Counted from the stretch's first letter, positions 8,010 to 19,115 are shown. The stretch is DNA of 64,000 nucleotides from an uncultured delta proteobacterium (GCA_963850305.1 CAWKKR010000007.1:160001-224000); one strand, 5' to 3'. Translations and numbers: made by a program. The notes: generated from the letters alone by a model not told the origin.

Positions 8010-9947
8010 GTGGTGCAGAGGGTACCCGTCGGCGACGACCTGCTTCGCGCTCTGGCCGGCGCGACGTTGCCGTCGAACGTGTACGAGGGTGTTTCGTATC
8101 GTCTCGACCGCGCGCTCGGTGCCGGTAGCATGGCCGTCGCCTTTCTCGTCGAGCGACGGTCGCCGAACGGAACCGGCGTGGCCGTCATCAAGATGGCGCG
8201 TCCCGAGTTCGTGCGCTCGGCCGCGGAGACGGCGCTGCTGACGATCCGCAAGGAGTCCGTCGCGCTCGGCCGCCTGAACGAGCGCGTGCCGCCGACGCCC
8301 TTCGTCGTCCGGTTCATCGAGAGCGGCGAGACGGCCATTCAATACGGACCGATGGCGCTCACGCTGCCGTGGCTCGCCATGGAATACGTCCACGGTGAGA
8401 CGCTCGAAGTCCGCATCGATCGCTGCGTGCAGGAGACCGGCGTCGCGTTCGATCCGGAACGGTCCGCGGCCTGCATCGAGGCCATCGCGTCGGGCCTGGA
8501 CGCGGTGCATTCGGTGGACGTGATTCACCGCGACATCAAGCCGAACAACGTTCTTTGTTGCGGCGTCCCTCCGGACGAAGCGTTCAAGATTTCCGACTTC
8601 GGGGTCGCGCGTCCCGTCGGGTTGCGCCAGACGTTCATGCAAGGCTCGATGGGGACTCCCGGGTACGCGTCGCCCGAGCAGATCATGATGGAGGAGAAGA
8701 GCATCGGGCCCGCGTCCGACGTCTTCAGCCTGGCCGCGACGGCTTTTTCGATCCTGACGGGCGAAGAGCTCTTCGTCGGGGACAACGTGATGCGCATCCT
8801 CGAGCGGGCGCGTGCGCGCCAGCGGCGGAGCATCCGGGATTGCGCCGGACTCTGCGAGGAGCTGCGGTCGCGACCGAACGCGTGTCACGCCATCGACGCG
8901 GCGATCGCGCTCGGCACGGCACCCGACGCGCGTGATCGGCCGCAAACGGCGGGGCTCTTCGGCGCCATGATCACCAACGTGCTGCGGAGCGACAGCCTCC
9001 GTGGCGAAGCGCCTCCGTCGCGAAGGCTCCTTGCCGACCGCATCGCGGTGCGTCCCTCGTCGAGCTGGAACTGGAAGGTGCGGCAAGCACCGGGCAGCGA
9101 TCGGACGATTCGCAGCGTCGCGTGGGACGCTGCGGGCGCGTGTCTGGCAGCGACGACGGGCGGTCTCTCCTACTGGAACGGTACCGACTGGAAGGAAGTT
9201 CCGCTCGATCGCGAGATCGCGCAGGCGGTGCGCTCCGTGCATCACGTGAGCCCGGGACATTGGCTGGTCGGCGGCGATCAGGGCCTCTTCGGCTACTACG
9301 TGACGCTCGAGGGCTTTTCGCGGCTGAGGCGCCCGCGACTTCCCGCGACGTTCGAGGCGGTGAGCGGTCACCCCGACGACATCGCGGTCGCCATCGGTTC
9401 GTATGAGGACCAGGGGCCGCTGCTCTGGGGCATGTCCGGCAAGCGCTGGCTCCGTGAGCTACCGATACCCGAGGCCGCGTCGCTCATGGGCTTGTCGCGC
9501 TTCGACGAGGAGCGCTGGATCATCGTCGGGCGGCGACGTGGCGGCGGTGCCTTCTGCGCGCTCTACGCACCGCTCCGCTGGGAAACGTATCCGTTTCGCG
9601 CGGCGAACGTCCGGACCTTCACGGCCTGCGCCGCGGTTGCGGAGGTTGGCGTCGGGGTGGTCGTGGGCGCCGACGGCGCCACGCTGCGCGTCAATGCCGG
9701 CGCGATCGAAGAATCGACGGTGCCCGGCAATCCTGATCTGTCCGCAGTCGTGGTCGAACCCAATCAGCGCGCCTGGACGACGAGCCTCGGGCGCATCTGG
9801 GTCCAGACCCCGCAGGAGCCCGAGCGCTGGTCGCGCGCCTGGGAAGACACGACCTGGCAAGTGCCGATCATCAGCCTCTTTTCCGACGGAAGACGCGTAC
9901 TCGGCGTTGCCGCCGATGGGGCCGTGATCGAAGGGTGTGAGTATTGA
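8010..9947 (+). CDS. Ser/Thr protein kinase with C-terminal beta-rich (propeller-like) region; start uncertain
   Basis: LGAGSMAV, VIK, HRDIKPNN, DFG, GTPGYASPE, SDVFSL. Confidence 0.9.
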   Translation: MVQRVPVGDDLLRALAGATLPSNVYEGVSYRLDRALGAGSMAVAFLVERRSPNGTGVAVIKMARPEFVRSAAETALLTIRKESVALGRLNERVPPTPFVVRFIESGETAIQYGPMALTLPWLAMEYVHGETLEVRIDRCVQETGVAFDPERSAACIEAIASGLDAVHSVDVIHRDIKPNNVLCCGVPPDEAFKISDFGVARPVGLRQTFMQGSMGTPGYASPEQIMMEEKSIGPASDVFSLAATAFSILTGEELFVGDNVMRILERARARQRRSIRDCAGLCEELRSRPNACHAIDAAIALGTAPDARDRPQTAGLFGAMITNVLRSDSLRGEAPPSRRLLADRIAVRPSSSWNWKVRQAPGSDRTIRSVAWDAAGACLAATTGGLSYWNGTDWKEVPLDREIAQAVRSVHHVSPGHWLVGGDQGLFGYYVTLEGFSRLRRPRLPATFEAVSGHPDDIAVAIGSYEDQGPLLWGMSGKRWLRELPIPEAASLMGLSRFDEERWIIVGRRRGGGAFCALYAPLRWETYPFRAANVRTFTACAAVAEVGVGVVVGADGATLRVNAGAIEESTVPGNPDLSAVVVEPNQRAWTTSLGRIWVQTPQEPERWSRAWEDTTWQVPIISLFSDGRRVLGVAADGAVIEGCEY

Positions 9948-9950
9948 CGG

Positions 9951-10511
9951 TCAGCGGGCCCAGAGCAGTCCGAGCGCGAGCTGGATCGCGTCGAACGGCT
10001 CCGCCCGGACGACGGCCTCGTCCGCATGAGCCCCGACGAGCCGGTACGTCGCGCCGTCCAGGCGATAAATCTCGAGCAAGCGGGCGATCGGCTCGATGAG
10101 CCAGATGTGCGCGACGGACTCGCGCCGGTAAGCGGGGAGCTTGCGAGTGCGATCCTTCACCTGAGTCCCGGGCGAAAGGACTTCACAGAGCCAATCGGGC
10201 GCGAGTTCGAAATAGGCCGCATCCGGGAGGACCGGCATTCGCTCGCGACGCCAGCCGGCGAGATCGGGCACGAGGATGTCCGCGCCGAGGTGCAGCTCGG
10301 GCTCGTCCAGAAAGACCCATCCACCGGGTCCGCCGCGGCCACGCCGAAACGGAGGACCGAGCTCTTCCCCGAGCACCGTGGCAGCGAGGGCGTGCGGAGC
10401 CGCGGGTCGAGGCTGGGTTTCGAGGACTCCGTCGATGACTTCGGCAACCCTGTGCGGCGGCGCCTGGAGGACATCCTCGTAAGTGGCCCGGCGCGGGGCT
10501 GCACTACTCAT
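9951..10511 (-). CDS. Uma2 family (DUF820) endonuclease
   Basis: ATYED…AEVIDG, EPELHL, VPDLAGWRRER, APDWLCEVLSP, DRTRKL. Confidence 0.9.
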   Translation of the reverse strand: MSSAAPRRATYEDVLQAPPHRVAEVIDGVLETQPRPAAPHALAATVLGEELGPPFRRGRGGPGGWVFLDEPELHLGADILVPDLAGWRRERMPVLPDAAYFELAPDWLCEVLSPGTQVKDRTRKLPAYRRESVAHIWLIEPIARLLEIYRLDGATYRLVGAHADEAVVRAEPFDAIQLALGLLWAR

Positions 10512-10603
10512 GCGACCATTGTCGCACGATCCCCGGCCGTTCGCCCCCGGTTCTCGGACTCCGAGCCGTCGTCCCGGAGGCGTGAGCTATAGTCGGCTCT
10601 GCG

Positions 10604-12424
10604 ATGAGAGTCGTCCTGCTGTATCCGCCGCCTTGGAAGATCCCTGGCCCCGGCGAGCCGCGTGATGCCGAGGACGGCCCTCCCAGGGATTACCGCGACG
10701 GGGATCTCGACGCGGATTTTCACCAGACGCCATACGGCTTGTTCTCGCTCGGCGCTCAGGCCATGCGCGCAGGACACGCGGTCAAGGTGTTCAATCTGTC
10801 CGCCTTCGCATGGTCGGACGTCGAAGCGGTCGTGGGGGCGCTCGACGCAGACGTGTTCGGCATGTCGTGCTGGACGGCCAATCGTCGAGGCGTCGCGCTC
10901 GTCGCAAAGCTCGTTCGAAGGTTGCACCCCCGCGCGCACATCGTCGTCGGCGGTCCGCACGCGACGCCGCTCGCCCCCGAGATGCTCCAGCACCATGCGG
11001 AGATCGACACCGTCGTGACGGGGGAGGGCGACGTCACGTTCCTCGAGCTCATCGAGCGGCTGGAAGCGGGCGCGTCGACGCAGGGTATCGCGGGCACCGT
11101 GTATCGCGACGGCACTCGCATCCTGCGCGGACCGGAGCGACCGTCGGTCCCGGACCTCGATTCGCTCGCGTCGCCGCACGACTACTTCGCGACGCACATC
11201 GTGATGACGTCGCGCGGTTGCCCGTGGCAGTGCACGTTCTGCGGCGCCGAGACGACCTGGGGCCGCGGGTTTCGCGGCTAGTCGGTGCCCGCCGTGCTCG
11301 ATGCGCTCGAGCGCGCGCTCGCGCGGCTCCCGGTGCGGATGATCCAGATCAAGGACGACACCTTCACGACGAACAAGAAGCGCGTCCTCGAGATCTGCCG
11401 AGGCATCCGCGAACGCAAACTCGAGTTTTTCTGGAGCTGCGACACGCGCGTGGACGTGCTGTCGGACGAGCTCCTCCGCGAAATGCGCCTCGCCGGCTGC
11501 CAGCGACTGAGCCTCGGCGTCGAGTCCGGATCGGCGGCGATCCTCGACGCGATCGACAAGAAGATCACCGTCGAGAAGATCCTCGAATCGACCGCGCTCG
11601 CGAAGAAGTACGGCATCAAGGTCCGCTACTACATGATGCTCGGCAACCGCGGCGAGACGCGCGCGACGTTCGAAGAGACGCTCGCCTTTCTCGAGCGTGC
11701 GAAGCCGCACCAATACATCTTCTCGTGCCTGTCCATTTACCCGGGCACCCTCGACTTCACGGATGCGGAAAAGGCGGGCTGGCTCGACCGCGAGCAATAC
11801 TTCACGGGCGACTTCCAGGAGCTGAAGACCCCGTTCGACGCTTCGCCCGAAGACACGGAGCTCATGAGCACGTGGTTCGCCGCGAACAAGGGGCTACGCG
11901 AGGCGTATCGCCCCTCGGTGAGCGAGTGCGCCGGGATCCTCGAACGGCTGGGCGAGCACCACGCCGCTCACGCGGATCTCGCCGACGCTCATTTCCGGGA
12001 AGGCCACCTTGCGAGCGCCGAGAAGCACGCGCGCCGCGCGCTCGAGCTCGGGTACCCGATCCCGGGCCTCGCGTACAACACGCTCGCGTGCATCGCGGCG
12101 GCGCGCGGCGATCACATTGCCGTGGAGGAGCACTTGCGCCAGGCGCTCCGGCGCGATCCGCAGCACTGGCTCGTCGCGAAGAACGCGGAGCTCTTTCACT
12201 CATTCCTGCGTCGCGGAGGCAGCGCGCAGGGGGCCCTGCCGGCGCTCACCGCGGGCCACTCGTTTCAGCTCTTCGAGCGCACCGCCCAGCCGACACTCCC
12301 TGGGCCCTTGCCGGAACGCTTCGCGGACTGGACCGATCCCGAGTCGGGCGGCGTGCGTCCCTCGCCGAAGATCACTCGCTTCGACTGGAAACCCGACGCT
12401 CGCGTGCGGTTGCCCGTGTTGTGA
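10604..12424 (+). pseudogene. B12-binding radical SAM protein with C-terminal TPR-like region, interrupted by in-frame TAG at 11279-11281
   Basis: ORFs 10604..11281 and 11285..12424 share a frame. B12 domain (VGGPHAT, GEGD), RGCPWQCTFC, then DDTF, GVESGS, IYPGT after the stop. Confidence 0.8.
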
Positions 12425-12489
12425 GTCCTCGGTCCGCCGGCGGTGCAAACGTTTGCGTCGCCGGTGCGGCTCGCATACGCAAGAGTCGA

Positions 12490-13955
12490 GTGAGGCTCGA
12501 TCGCGGAGGACCATCGGCGTGGCGCGCTCGGGTCACGCCCGGTGCGGTGCTCGCGTTCGCCAGCGTCGCCGTGATCGCCCTGCACACGGCGAGGATCGTC
12601 CGAGCGGCGTGGCTCGGCGGCCAGTTCATGGGCGATGACCTCGTCAGCTTCTGGCTGGCGCACGTGTCGTCGCTGTCGAAGTTCGTCCTGATACCCATCG
12701 ACGTGCACCTCGTTCCGGCTCATCGCCTGGTGACCTGGCTGCTCTTTCGAGCGCTACCCATGAATTTCGGCGCGGCGCTCGCCATCTTGCTGGTTTTACA
12801 CGGCGCGGGCATGTGGGTCCTCTTTCAGGTCCTCCAGCTGATCCGAGCGCGTGCGCTCGATATCTGGCTGGTCTGCCTGTACGGGGCCAATGCCACTCTG
12901 GCTCCTCTGTTTTACTGGTGGACGTCCGGGATCCATCGCCTTGGGTGGGTGTGCTTCTCACTCGTCGCGCTTTACGCGCACCTGCGGCATCGAATGTCCC
13001 GCGCACCGGGGTGGAATCTCGCGGTGATGCTCGCGACAGCGTGCGCGCTCGGGTTCTATGAAAAGGGGGTCCTGACCCCGCTCTTCCTTTTGACCCTCGA
13101 ACTTGGGATGCCGAGAGACGCGCGGCGAGGTCGGGACGTCTCCACGGTGGTCGCCGCGGCCGCCGTGGTTTCCGTGTATCTGATCGTGTGGCGACGGTTC
13201 ACCGATCCGTCGCTGCAAACCGTGAACCTGCATCCCCGGTTTTTGCTCGAGTTTACGTTCTTTGGTTTGAAGGCCTTCGGTCCCACCCTGACGGGCCTGT
13301 GGATCGGTGGTCCGCCTGTGGCCCGCTTCCTGGCGAACATGGGCGTCGGGCTGCTGATCCTCTACCTGGCCGCCCGAGGTGCCGCGCGAGCAGTCCTCTC
13401 GGGACTCGTCGCGCTCGCGGCGAGCATGCTGGTCATCGCGGCTTCGGCCGCAAAAACCAGCTTTCTGGGGCTGTCTTTGTTGCTCGTGGACCGTTACTAC
13501 TTCGAGTGCGCTTTTCTTTTTTTCGTGTTCCTCGGCGTCGTAACGGCAAGCGCCCGACCTCCGTTGTGGGCCGCGCGTCTCCGCGCGTCTCATCGATGGC
13601 GGTGTTGGGCGTCTCGGCCCTCGTCGCGACATGCGCATTATCCGAGCTCACGATGCGGTACGACATTCCGGGCAACTACGGCTCTTCCGCGCCTGCGCTG
13701 CAGTTCATCACGAACCTCCAGAAGACGCTCGGACGTCTCTCACCACCGGATCTACATCCTCTCTTGCTCCGGGATACCCCAGTCCCGACGTACATCGTGC
13801 CGGTGGGCCGTCTCGTGCGTAGAAACTCGGAGCTCATCGCGTTGATGGGGATCGACGTGCGCGCCAGTCGACGCGGGACCTACCGTGTGGATCCGTCTGG
13901 AGCGCTCGTGCGCGTCCCGCGTCGTGGCTCGCATCGCGTCAGCCGACCACGGTAA
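12490..13955 (+). CDS. Multi-pass membrane protein (GT-C glycosyltransferase-like), apparent 1-nt frameshift near 13580
   Basis: Many TM segments, FMGDD after the first TM, HLVP, FYEK, DRY in the frame of ORF 10810. C-terminus continues in the frame of ORF 13188..13955. Confidence 0.6.
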
Positions 13956-14017
13956 GCCGGCCTCGGCCGCGTCTCACGACGAACGCCCTGCCCGTGCCGA
14001 GGTGCGTCGAGGCCGTC

Positions 14018-14183
14018 CGACGAAATTGTCGTTTCGAGCGAGTAAACGATCCGAGTCGAACGCGAAACGAAGAAAACCGCCAGGATCTCTCCCGCCGAAC
14101 CGTGCGTGAGAAACGGCATCGAAACGACGGAACAGGGTCGACAAGTTTGTAAGCCGCGCACCGGGCCGTCGACGAAATTGTCG
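14018..14183. promoter_or_regulatory. Three quasi-palindromic enhancer-like boxes
   Basis: CGACGAAATTGTCG at 14018-14031 and 14170-14183; CGACAAGTTTGTAA at 14139-14152. Confidence 0.55.
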
Positions 14184-14260
14184 ATGAACTTTGGTGGATC
14201 TCGTTTCGCTTCAGTTTCCGCGAGTGGAGCCCACTCGAACTTCCTGCGTCGGCGTGCGGA

Positions 14261-14276
14261 TGGAACATTCGTTGCT
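14261..14276 (+). promoter_or_regulatory. Sigma54 (-24/-12) promoter
   Basis: TGGAACATTCGTTGCT: GG-N10-GC with TTGC, about 120 nt upstream of the MFS ATG. Confidence 0.6.
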
Positions 14277-14396
14277 CTCCCGTCGGTCCATGCTCCCCGC
14301 TCCATGCTCACGCAAAGCGCGCCCGCGCCGCCTCGATGCCACCAAGTTCCGCTTCTTTCGGCGTGCACTGCGACTCGTGCGGTCGGAGGGGCGACG

Positions 14397-15698
14397 ATGA
14401 ACGCTCAGAAGGTGGAACAGCTCGTCATCGCCACCGTGGGGTTCTTTTGGTGCTTCCTCATGTGGTTCTCGACGGCGGCCTTCAGCCCGAGCATCGCGGC
14501 GAACTATCACCTGAGCATCAAGGCCCTGGGGTTGCTGGCAAGCTCCGCGATCTGGATGGCGCCCGTCGGTCGAATCCTGGCGGGGTGGGCATCGGACCGA
14601 TTCGGCGCGCCGAGAACCTTTGCCTTCATCCTTGCCAGCTGCGGCCTGATGTCGATTGCGTCGGCCTACACCACGAACTACGAGCTTCTCTTTGCCGAGC
14701 GAATCGCCGTTGCGATCGCGGGTGTCTCTTTCGTGGTCGGCATTCAGCACGTTGCCCAGTGGTTCAACGCGCACGAGATCGGCACTGCCGAGGGGCTGTA
14801 CGCGGGCACGGGGAACGTCGGTGCCGGCGTGGGGGCCTTGCTCCTTCCACGGATCTTTCGCACGGATTATCACAGCGCCTTTCTGTGGCTCGGCGTGATC
14901 GCGATCGTCATCGCGGGCTGGTATCTGCTGCGCGGTCGAGCGGCTCGGACCATGGAACAGCGGGAGCTCGTCCGTCGGCGCAGCAACTTGCGCGACACCG
15001 TGTTCGTCTGGAGCCGCTATATCGCCATCGCGCTGATGTTCGCCTACGCGATGTCGTTCGGCCTCGAGATCTCGATGAACGCATGGCTGCCGGGCTACTT
15101 CACGCGCGGCTTTCACGACGCGATCCTTGCCCTCGGCTTCACGGGGGTTGCAGGGTTGCAGATCGCCGCCGGGACCTTCGCGGCGGTCCAGTCCTTCAAC
15201 GCTTCCCTGTTCCGCCCCTTCGCGGGGTTCATGTCCGATCTCTTTCAACGCAAGGGGTGGACCCCGCTTCCAGTAATCGCGAAGAATCTACCCTACGCGC
15301 CGCGCTTACACTGGCTGGGGATCTCACTCATCCTGATTTCCATCGCGATGGCGGGCCTGACCATCGCGGGGCTCTCCGGTTCGCTGCATTCCTCGGTGGT
15401 CGTCCTGGTCGCGCTCGGAGTCTTCATTTCCTTCGGGACCGGCGGTACCTTCGCCCTGGTGCCGTTGCTGTTTCCCGATCGTCCGGGCACTGCCGCCGGG
15501 TTCATCGGTGGCGTATCGACGGCGGCGGGCATCGTCTATCCCTTGATCTTCGCCAGCGGTACCAACATCCACATGGGTTACGCCTCCGTCGCCCTTTACA
15601 TGTTCCTGCCGTTCGTTGGCTTCTACTTCTGGGCGGCGCGCTACGAGCGCCATCCTGAAGAGCACGGCGTGCTGACGCAGATGCTCGCCAGTGATTAG
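14397..15698 (+). CDS. NarK/NasA-like nitrate/nitrite MFS transporter
   Basis: About 12 TM, GRILAGWASDRFG, nitrate-signature-like GTAEGLYAGTGNVGAG, FRPFAGFMSD. GGAGG RBS before ATG 14397. Confidence 0.8.
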   Translation: MNAQKVEQLVIATVGFFWCFLMWFSTAAFSPSIAANYHLSIKALGLLASSAIWMAPVGRILAGWASDRFGAPRTFAFILASCGLMSIASAYTTNYELLFAERIAVAIAGVSFVVGIQHVAQWFNAHEIGTAEGLYAGTGNVGAGVGALLLPRIFRTDYHSAFLWLGVIAIVIAGWYLLRGRAARTMEQRELVRRRSNLRDTVFVWSRYIAIALMFAYAMSFGLEISMNAWLPGYFTRGFHDAILALGFTGVAGLQIAAGTFAAVQSFNASLFRPFAGFMSDLFQRKGWTPLPVIAKNLPYAPRLHWLGISLILISIAMAGLTIAGLSGSLHSSVVVLVALGVFISFGTGGTFALVPLLFPDRPGTAAGFIGGVSTAAGIVYPLIFASGTNIHMGYASVALYMFLPFVGFYFWAARYERHPEEHGVLTQMLASD

Positions 15699-15768
15699 GT
15701 CTTTGGACAATGTCGAAGTGTTGATTGGCTCTCCGGAGAGGAGCGCCACGGAATGGAGAGGTTTGCCC

Positions 15769-15927
15769 ATGATGACGTCCGAATCCAGCGAACCCGTGCA
15801 CCACGAGCCCTGGTACAAATATGGAGTGCTGGTGCTTTTCACGGAGATGGTCATCGCGATCGCCGTCAGCGGCTATTCGCTGTACATGACGTTTCACGGG
15901 CTCGGCGGATTTCCCGGAAAGCACTGA
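15769..15927 (+). CDS. 52-aa single-TM small protein
   Basis: GGAGAGG RBS, ATG 15769, one hydrophobic helix, co-oriented after the MFS gene. Confidence 0.6.
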   Translation: MMTSESSEPVHHEPWYKYGVLVLFTEMVIAIAVSGYSLYMTFHGLGGFPGKH

Positions 15928-15964
15928 CCGTGAGCGACTCACGGACGGGATGGGCGGGCGCGAC

Positions 15965-16402
15965 TCAGCGGCCCATTGCCCAGGCGTCGCCGATCTCGAG
16001 CTTGTATTTGCCCCCGCTGCGGAGTTCGATTCCCTTCACGAGTTGTTCGCGGTGGTCATGGGCCACCGCCAGGAAGTCGTAGCGCGCTTCCTGGAAGACG
16101 AGCCCGTGGAAGGTCTGGCCCGCCTGGATGCCGGCGTTGCCGAGCTGATCCTCTCCCCAGAGTGCGAGGTCTTCGTCCGAGCCCGGCTTCACCCCCGCAG
16201 CCGCGGCCGCGTCGACCGCCGCGGTCCTCGCCACGTAAAGCCGTTCGATGGTGACGCCGCTCGAGTTCTTCACCGTCAGGCGTGCGGGACCGTCGCCGCT
16301 CGGCTTTCCGGCGGAATGAAGGACGGACACGGTGCCGCCGCCACATGCGACGGCCACCGCAAAGAAGAGTCCCATTCCGACCATGGCTCGACGCGAGAAC
16401 AT
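15965..16402 (-). CDS. Hypothetical lipoprotein
   Basis: Lipobox AVAC; LTVKNSSGVTIERLYV…WGEDQLG beta-sandwich-like pattern. Confidence 0.75.
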   Translation of the reverse strand: MFSRRAMVGMGLFFAVAVACGGGTVSVLHSAGKPSGDGPARLTVKNSSGVTIERLYVARTAAVDAAAAAGVKPGSDEDLALWGEDQLGNAGIQAGQTFHGLVFQEARYDFLAVAHDHREQLVKGIELRSGGKYKLEIGDAWAMGR

Positions 16403-16430
16403 GAGAGAGACTCTATGTTAAGGCAGCCCC

Positions 16431-17069
16431 GTGAGCCCGTTCGAAACGATCTTCGCGCATACGGTGGTCGCGCGCTCGCATCTGTGCCCTGAAATTCAGC
16501 TGCGGCTCATCACGGCTGCCTGTCCGCTCTTTCGGGCGACCGAGGAACAAGCAGCGCTCGCGGGGCTCGTGGAACCGTACTGGGCGTTCTCGTGGGCGGG
16601 CGGACAGGCGCTCGCGCGGTACGTGCTGGACCATCCCGCGCTCGTCGCCGGCAAATCGGTGCTCGACTTCGGTGCCGGGGGAGCGGTCGAGGGGATCGCG
16701 GCGGCGCTGGTCGGCGGTCGCGTGCTCGCCGCAGATATCAATCCGATGGCAGTGGTTGCCGCGCGTGCGAACGCGGAGCTCACGGGAGTCACGATTGAAA
16801 CCACCACCGAGGACCTCGTCGGGACCTTCGAGCGCACGTGGGACGTCGTGCTTGCGGGGGACGTCTTTTACGGAACCGAAATGTCGCGTCCGATCCTCGA
16901 ATGGCTCACCCGCCTGGCCGAGCGCGGAACGCTGGTCCTCATCGGCGACCCCGATCGCGGTTTTCTCGAGACGTCTGGGCTCGAGCCGCTCGTGCGCTAC
17001 GAAGCGCCCGCAGACAACGACGACCATGGTTCGTTCCTGCTGCCCACCATGGTTTATCGGGTGAGGTAG
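16431..17069 (+). CDS. SAM-dependent protein methyltransferase (PrmA/METTL20-like)
   Basis: PYWAFSWAGGQALARY, VLDFGAG, LAGDVFY, LIGDPDR. Confidence 0.85.
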   Translation: MSPFETIFAHTVVARSHLCPEIQLRLITAACPLFRATEEQAALAGLVEPYWAFSWAGGQALARYVLDHPALVAGKSVLDFGAGGAVEGIAAALVGGRVLAADINPMAVVAARANAELTGVTIETTTEDLVGTFERTWDVVLAGDVFYGTEMSRPILEWLTRLAERGTLVLIGDPDRGFLETSGLEPLVRYEAPADNDDHGSFLLPTMVYRVR

Positions 17070-17097
17070 GGGCGCGCCTCGGCGTCAGTCGCCACTG

Positions 17098-19104
17098 TCA
17101 CCCGCGCGCGCGGCGCGTTGCCGTTTTTCGACCGGGCCGATATCCGTCGCGCCGTGCTCCGCGGAGGTGATCGCCGGAGGTTTGCTCGGTGAAGGCGGCG
17201 TCCGCGCGCTTTCTACGCGCGTTCAGGGCGGCCCGCGGCGGCTGCGATGGAATCAGGCAATCACACCCGTCGCCGATGAGGTCCGTTCGCTTCGCGGCCA
17301 CGAGCGCGGCGCGCACGTCGAACCAGTTTTCCGGCTTGAAGAACTGGAGCAGCGCGCGCTGCATCTTGCGGTCGCGCAGAGCTGTCGCCGTCTTCACCGG
17401 CGTCATCGTCATCGGGTCGTAGCCGGTGTGATACATGCACGCCGCGATGTCGAACGGGCTCGGAATGAAATCCTGCACCTGATCCGGCGCGTACCCGTTT
17501 CGCTTCAGGAAGAGGGCAAGCTCGATCATGGCCCCGAGATCGCTGCCCGGGTGGCTGGCGATGAAGTACGGCACCAGGTGCTGCTTCTTGCCCGCGCGCT
17601 CGGATGCGGCGAGAAACTCACGGTCGAACTCGAGGAAGTCCTCCGGCCCCGGCTTCTTCATGAGCCCGAGCACCTTCGGGTCCGTGTGTTCCGGCGCGAC
17701 CTTCAGCAAGCCGCCCACGTGATGCGTCACGAGTTCGCGCATGTAAGTCGGATCGCGTCGCGCGAGATCCATGCGGATGCCGGATGCGACGAACACCTTG
17801 CGGACGCCGGGAACGCGCCTCGCCTCGCGCATCAGGTCCACGAGTGGGCCGTGATCGGTGCCGAGCATCTTGCAGACGGTCGGGTGGACACAGCTCTGTC
17901 GCCGGCACGTGCTCTCCACGGCTTCGTCCGTGCAGCGCATCCGGTACATGTTCGCCGTCGGTCCGCCGATGTCGCTCACGACGCCCGAAAAGCCCTCGTC
18001 TCTCGTCATTCGTTCGATCTCGGACAGCACCGACGCCTTGCTCCGGCTCTGGATGACGCGGCCCTCATGAGCAGTGATCGAGCAGAACGTACACCCGCCG
18101 AAGCAACCGCGCATGATCTGCACGCTCGTCTTCACGACCTCGAACGCCGGGATTTTGTCCTTACCGTAGGAGGGGTGCGGCCTTCGCGTGTAGGGGAGGC
18201 CGTAGACGAGATCCATCTCCGCTTCGGAGAGCGGCACGGCCGGCGGATTGACGACGACGTGCTCGGTGCCGTGGGCTTGCACGAGCGTACGCGCGTTCTT
18301 CGGGTTCGTCTCGCGATGGGCGAGGCGGGTCATGTTCGCGAACGCGATGGGATCGCTCGCGGCGTCTTCGAAGCTCGGGAGTACGACGACGGAAGCCCCC
18401 GACGGCGGGCTCTCGCTCGCGCCGAGACGGTAAGCGACCCCCCGCACGTCACGGAGCGCCCGTATGCTCTCGCCCGCGTCGAGACGCCGCGCGATCTCGA
18501 GCACGCCGCGCTCCCCCATTCCGAAGCCCAGCAGATCCATCTTCGCGTCGAGGACGACGCTTCGCCGGACCGTGTTGCTCCAGTAGTCGTAGTGCGCGAT
18601 GCGGCGCAGACTCGCCTCCACGCCGCCCGCGACGATCGGCACTCCGGGAAAGGCCTCGCGCGCCCGCTGCGAATAAGCGAGCGTCGCGCGATCGGGTCTC
18701 CGTCCGATACGGCCGCCGGGGCTGTAAGCGTCGTCGTTCCGGACCTTCTTGTTGGCCGTATAATGGTTGATCATCGAGTCCATGTTCCCCGCGCTGACGG
18801 CGAAGAACAGGCGCGGTCTGCCGAACATGCGGAACGGCTCGGCCGTCTTCCAGTCCGGCTGGCTCGAGATCGCGACTCTGTAACCCGCGCTCTCCAGCAG
18901 ACGACCGAGCAAGGCCATGGCAAAGCTCGGATGATCGACGTAGGCGTCGCCCGTGACGAAGACCACGTCCACGTCGCTCCAGCCGCGCGCACGGACTTCT
19001 CCGGGGCTCATCGGCAGCGGGCGCGCGTCGCATCGCGCCGCGGAGATCTCGACGCCGCCGAAGGGGCGCTCCTCCGGTCTCGCAAGGATCGGCAGACGGC
19101 GCAT
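17098..19104 (-). CDS. ygiQ: YgiQ (UPF0313) family radical SAM protein
   Basis: [65 protein letters not shown]. Start placed at ATG 19104. Confidence 0.92.
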   Translation of the reverse strand: MRRLPILARPEERPFGGVEISAARCDARPLPMSPGEVRARGWSDVDVVFVTGDAYVDHPSFAMALLGRLLESAGYRVAISSQPDWKTAEPFRMFGRPRLFFAVSAGNMDSMINHYTANKKVRNDDAYSPGGRIGRRPDRATLAYSQRAREAFPGVPIVAGGVEASLRRIAHYDYWSNTVRRSVVLDAKMDLLGFGMGERGVLEIARRLDAGESIRALRDVRGVAYRLGASESPPSGASVVVLPSFEDAASDPIAFANMTRLAHRETNPKNARTLVQAHGTEHVVVNPPAVPLSEAEMDLVYGLPYTRRPHPSYGKDKIPAFEVVKTSVQIMRGCFGGCTFCSITAHEGRVIQSRSKASVLSEIERMTRDEGFSGVVSDIGGPTANMYRMRCTDEAVESTCRRQSCVHPTVCKMLGTDHGPLVDLMREARRVPGVRKVFVASGIRMDLARRDPTYMRELVTHHVGGLLKVAPEHTDPKVLGLMKKPGPEDFLEFDREFLAASERAGKKQHLVPYFIASHPGSDLGAMIELALFLKRNGYAPDQVQDFIPSPFDIAACMYHTGYDPMTMTPVKTATALRDRKMQRALLQFFKPENWFDVRAALVAAKRTDLIGDGCDCLIPSQPPRAALNARRKRADAAFTEQTSGDHLRGARRDGYRPGRKTATRRARG

Positions 19105-19115
19105 GGCGCGCGTTC

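Noticed and set aside
9951..10511. Uma2 endonuclease as a defence or mobile island marker
   Set aside because: Uma2/DUF820 genes are commonly scattered in myxobacteria, and no other defence or mobility genes are adjacent.
10810..13845. 1011-aa ORF
   Set aside because: The first ~560 aa are an Arg-rich shadow frame of the radical SAM gene; only the part from about 12490 is protein-like.
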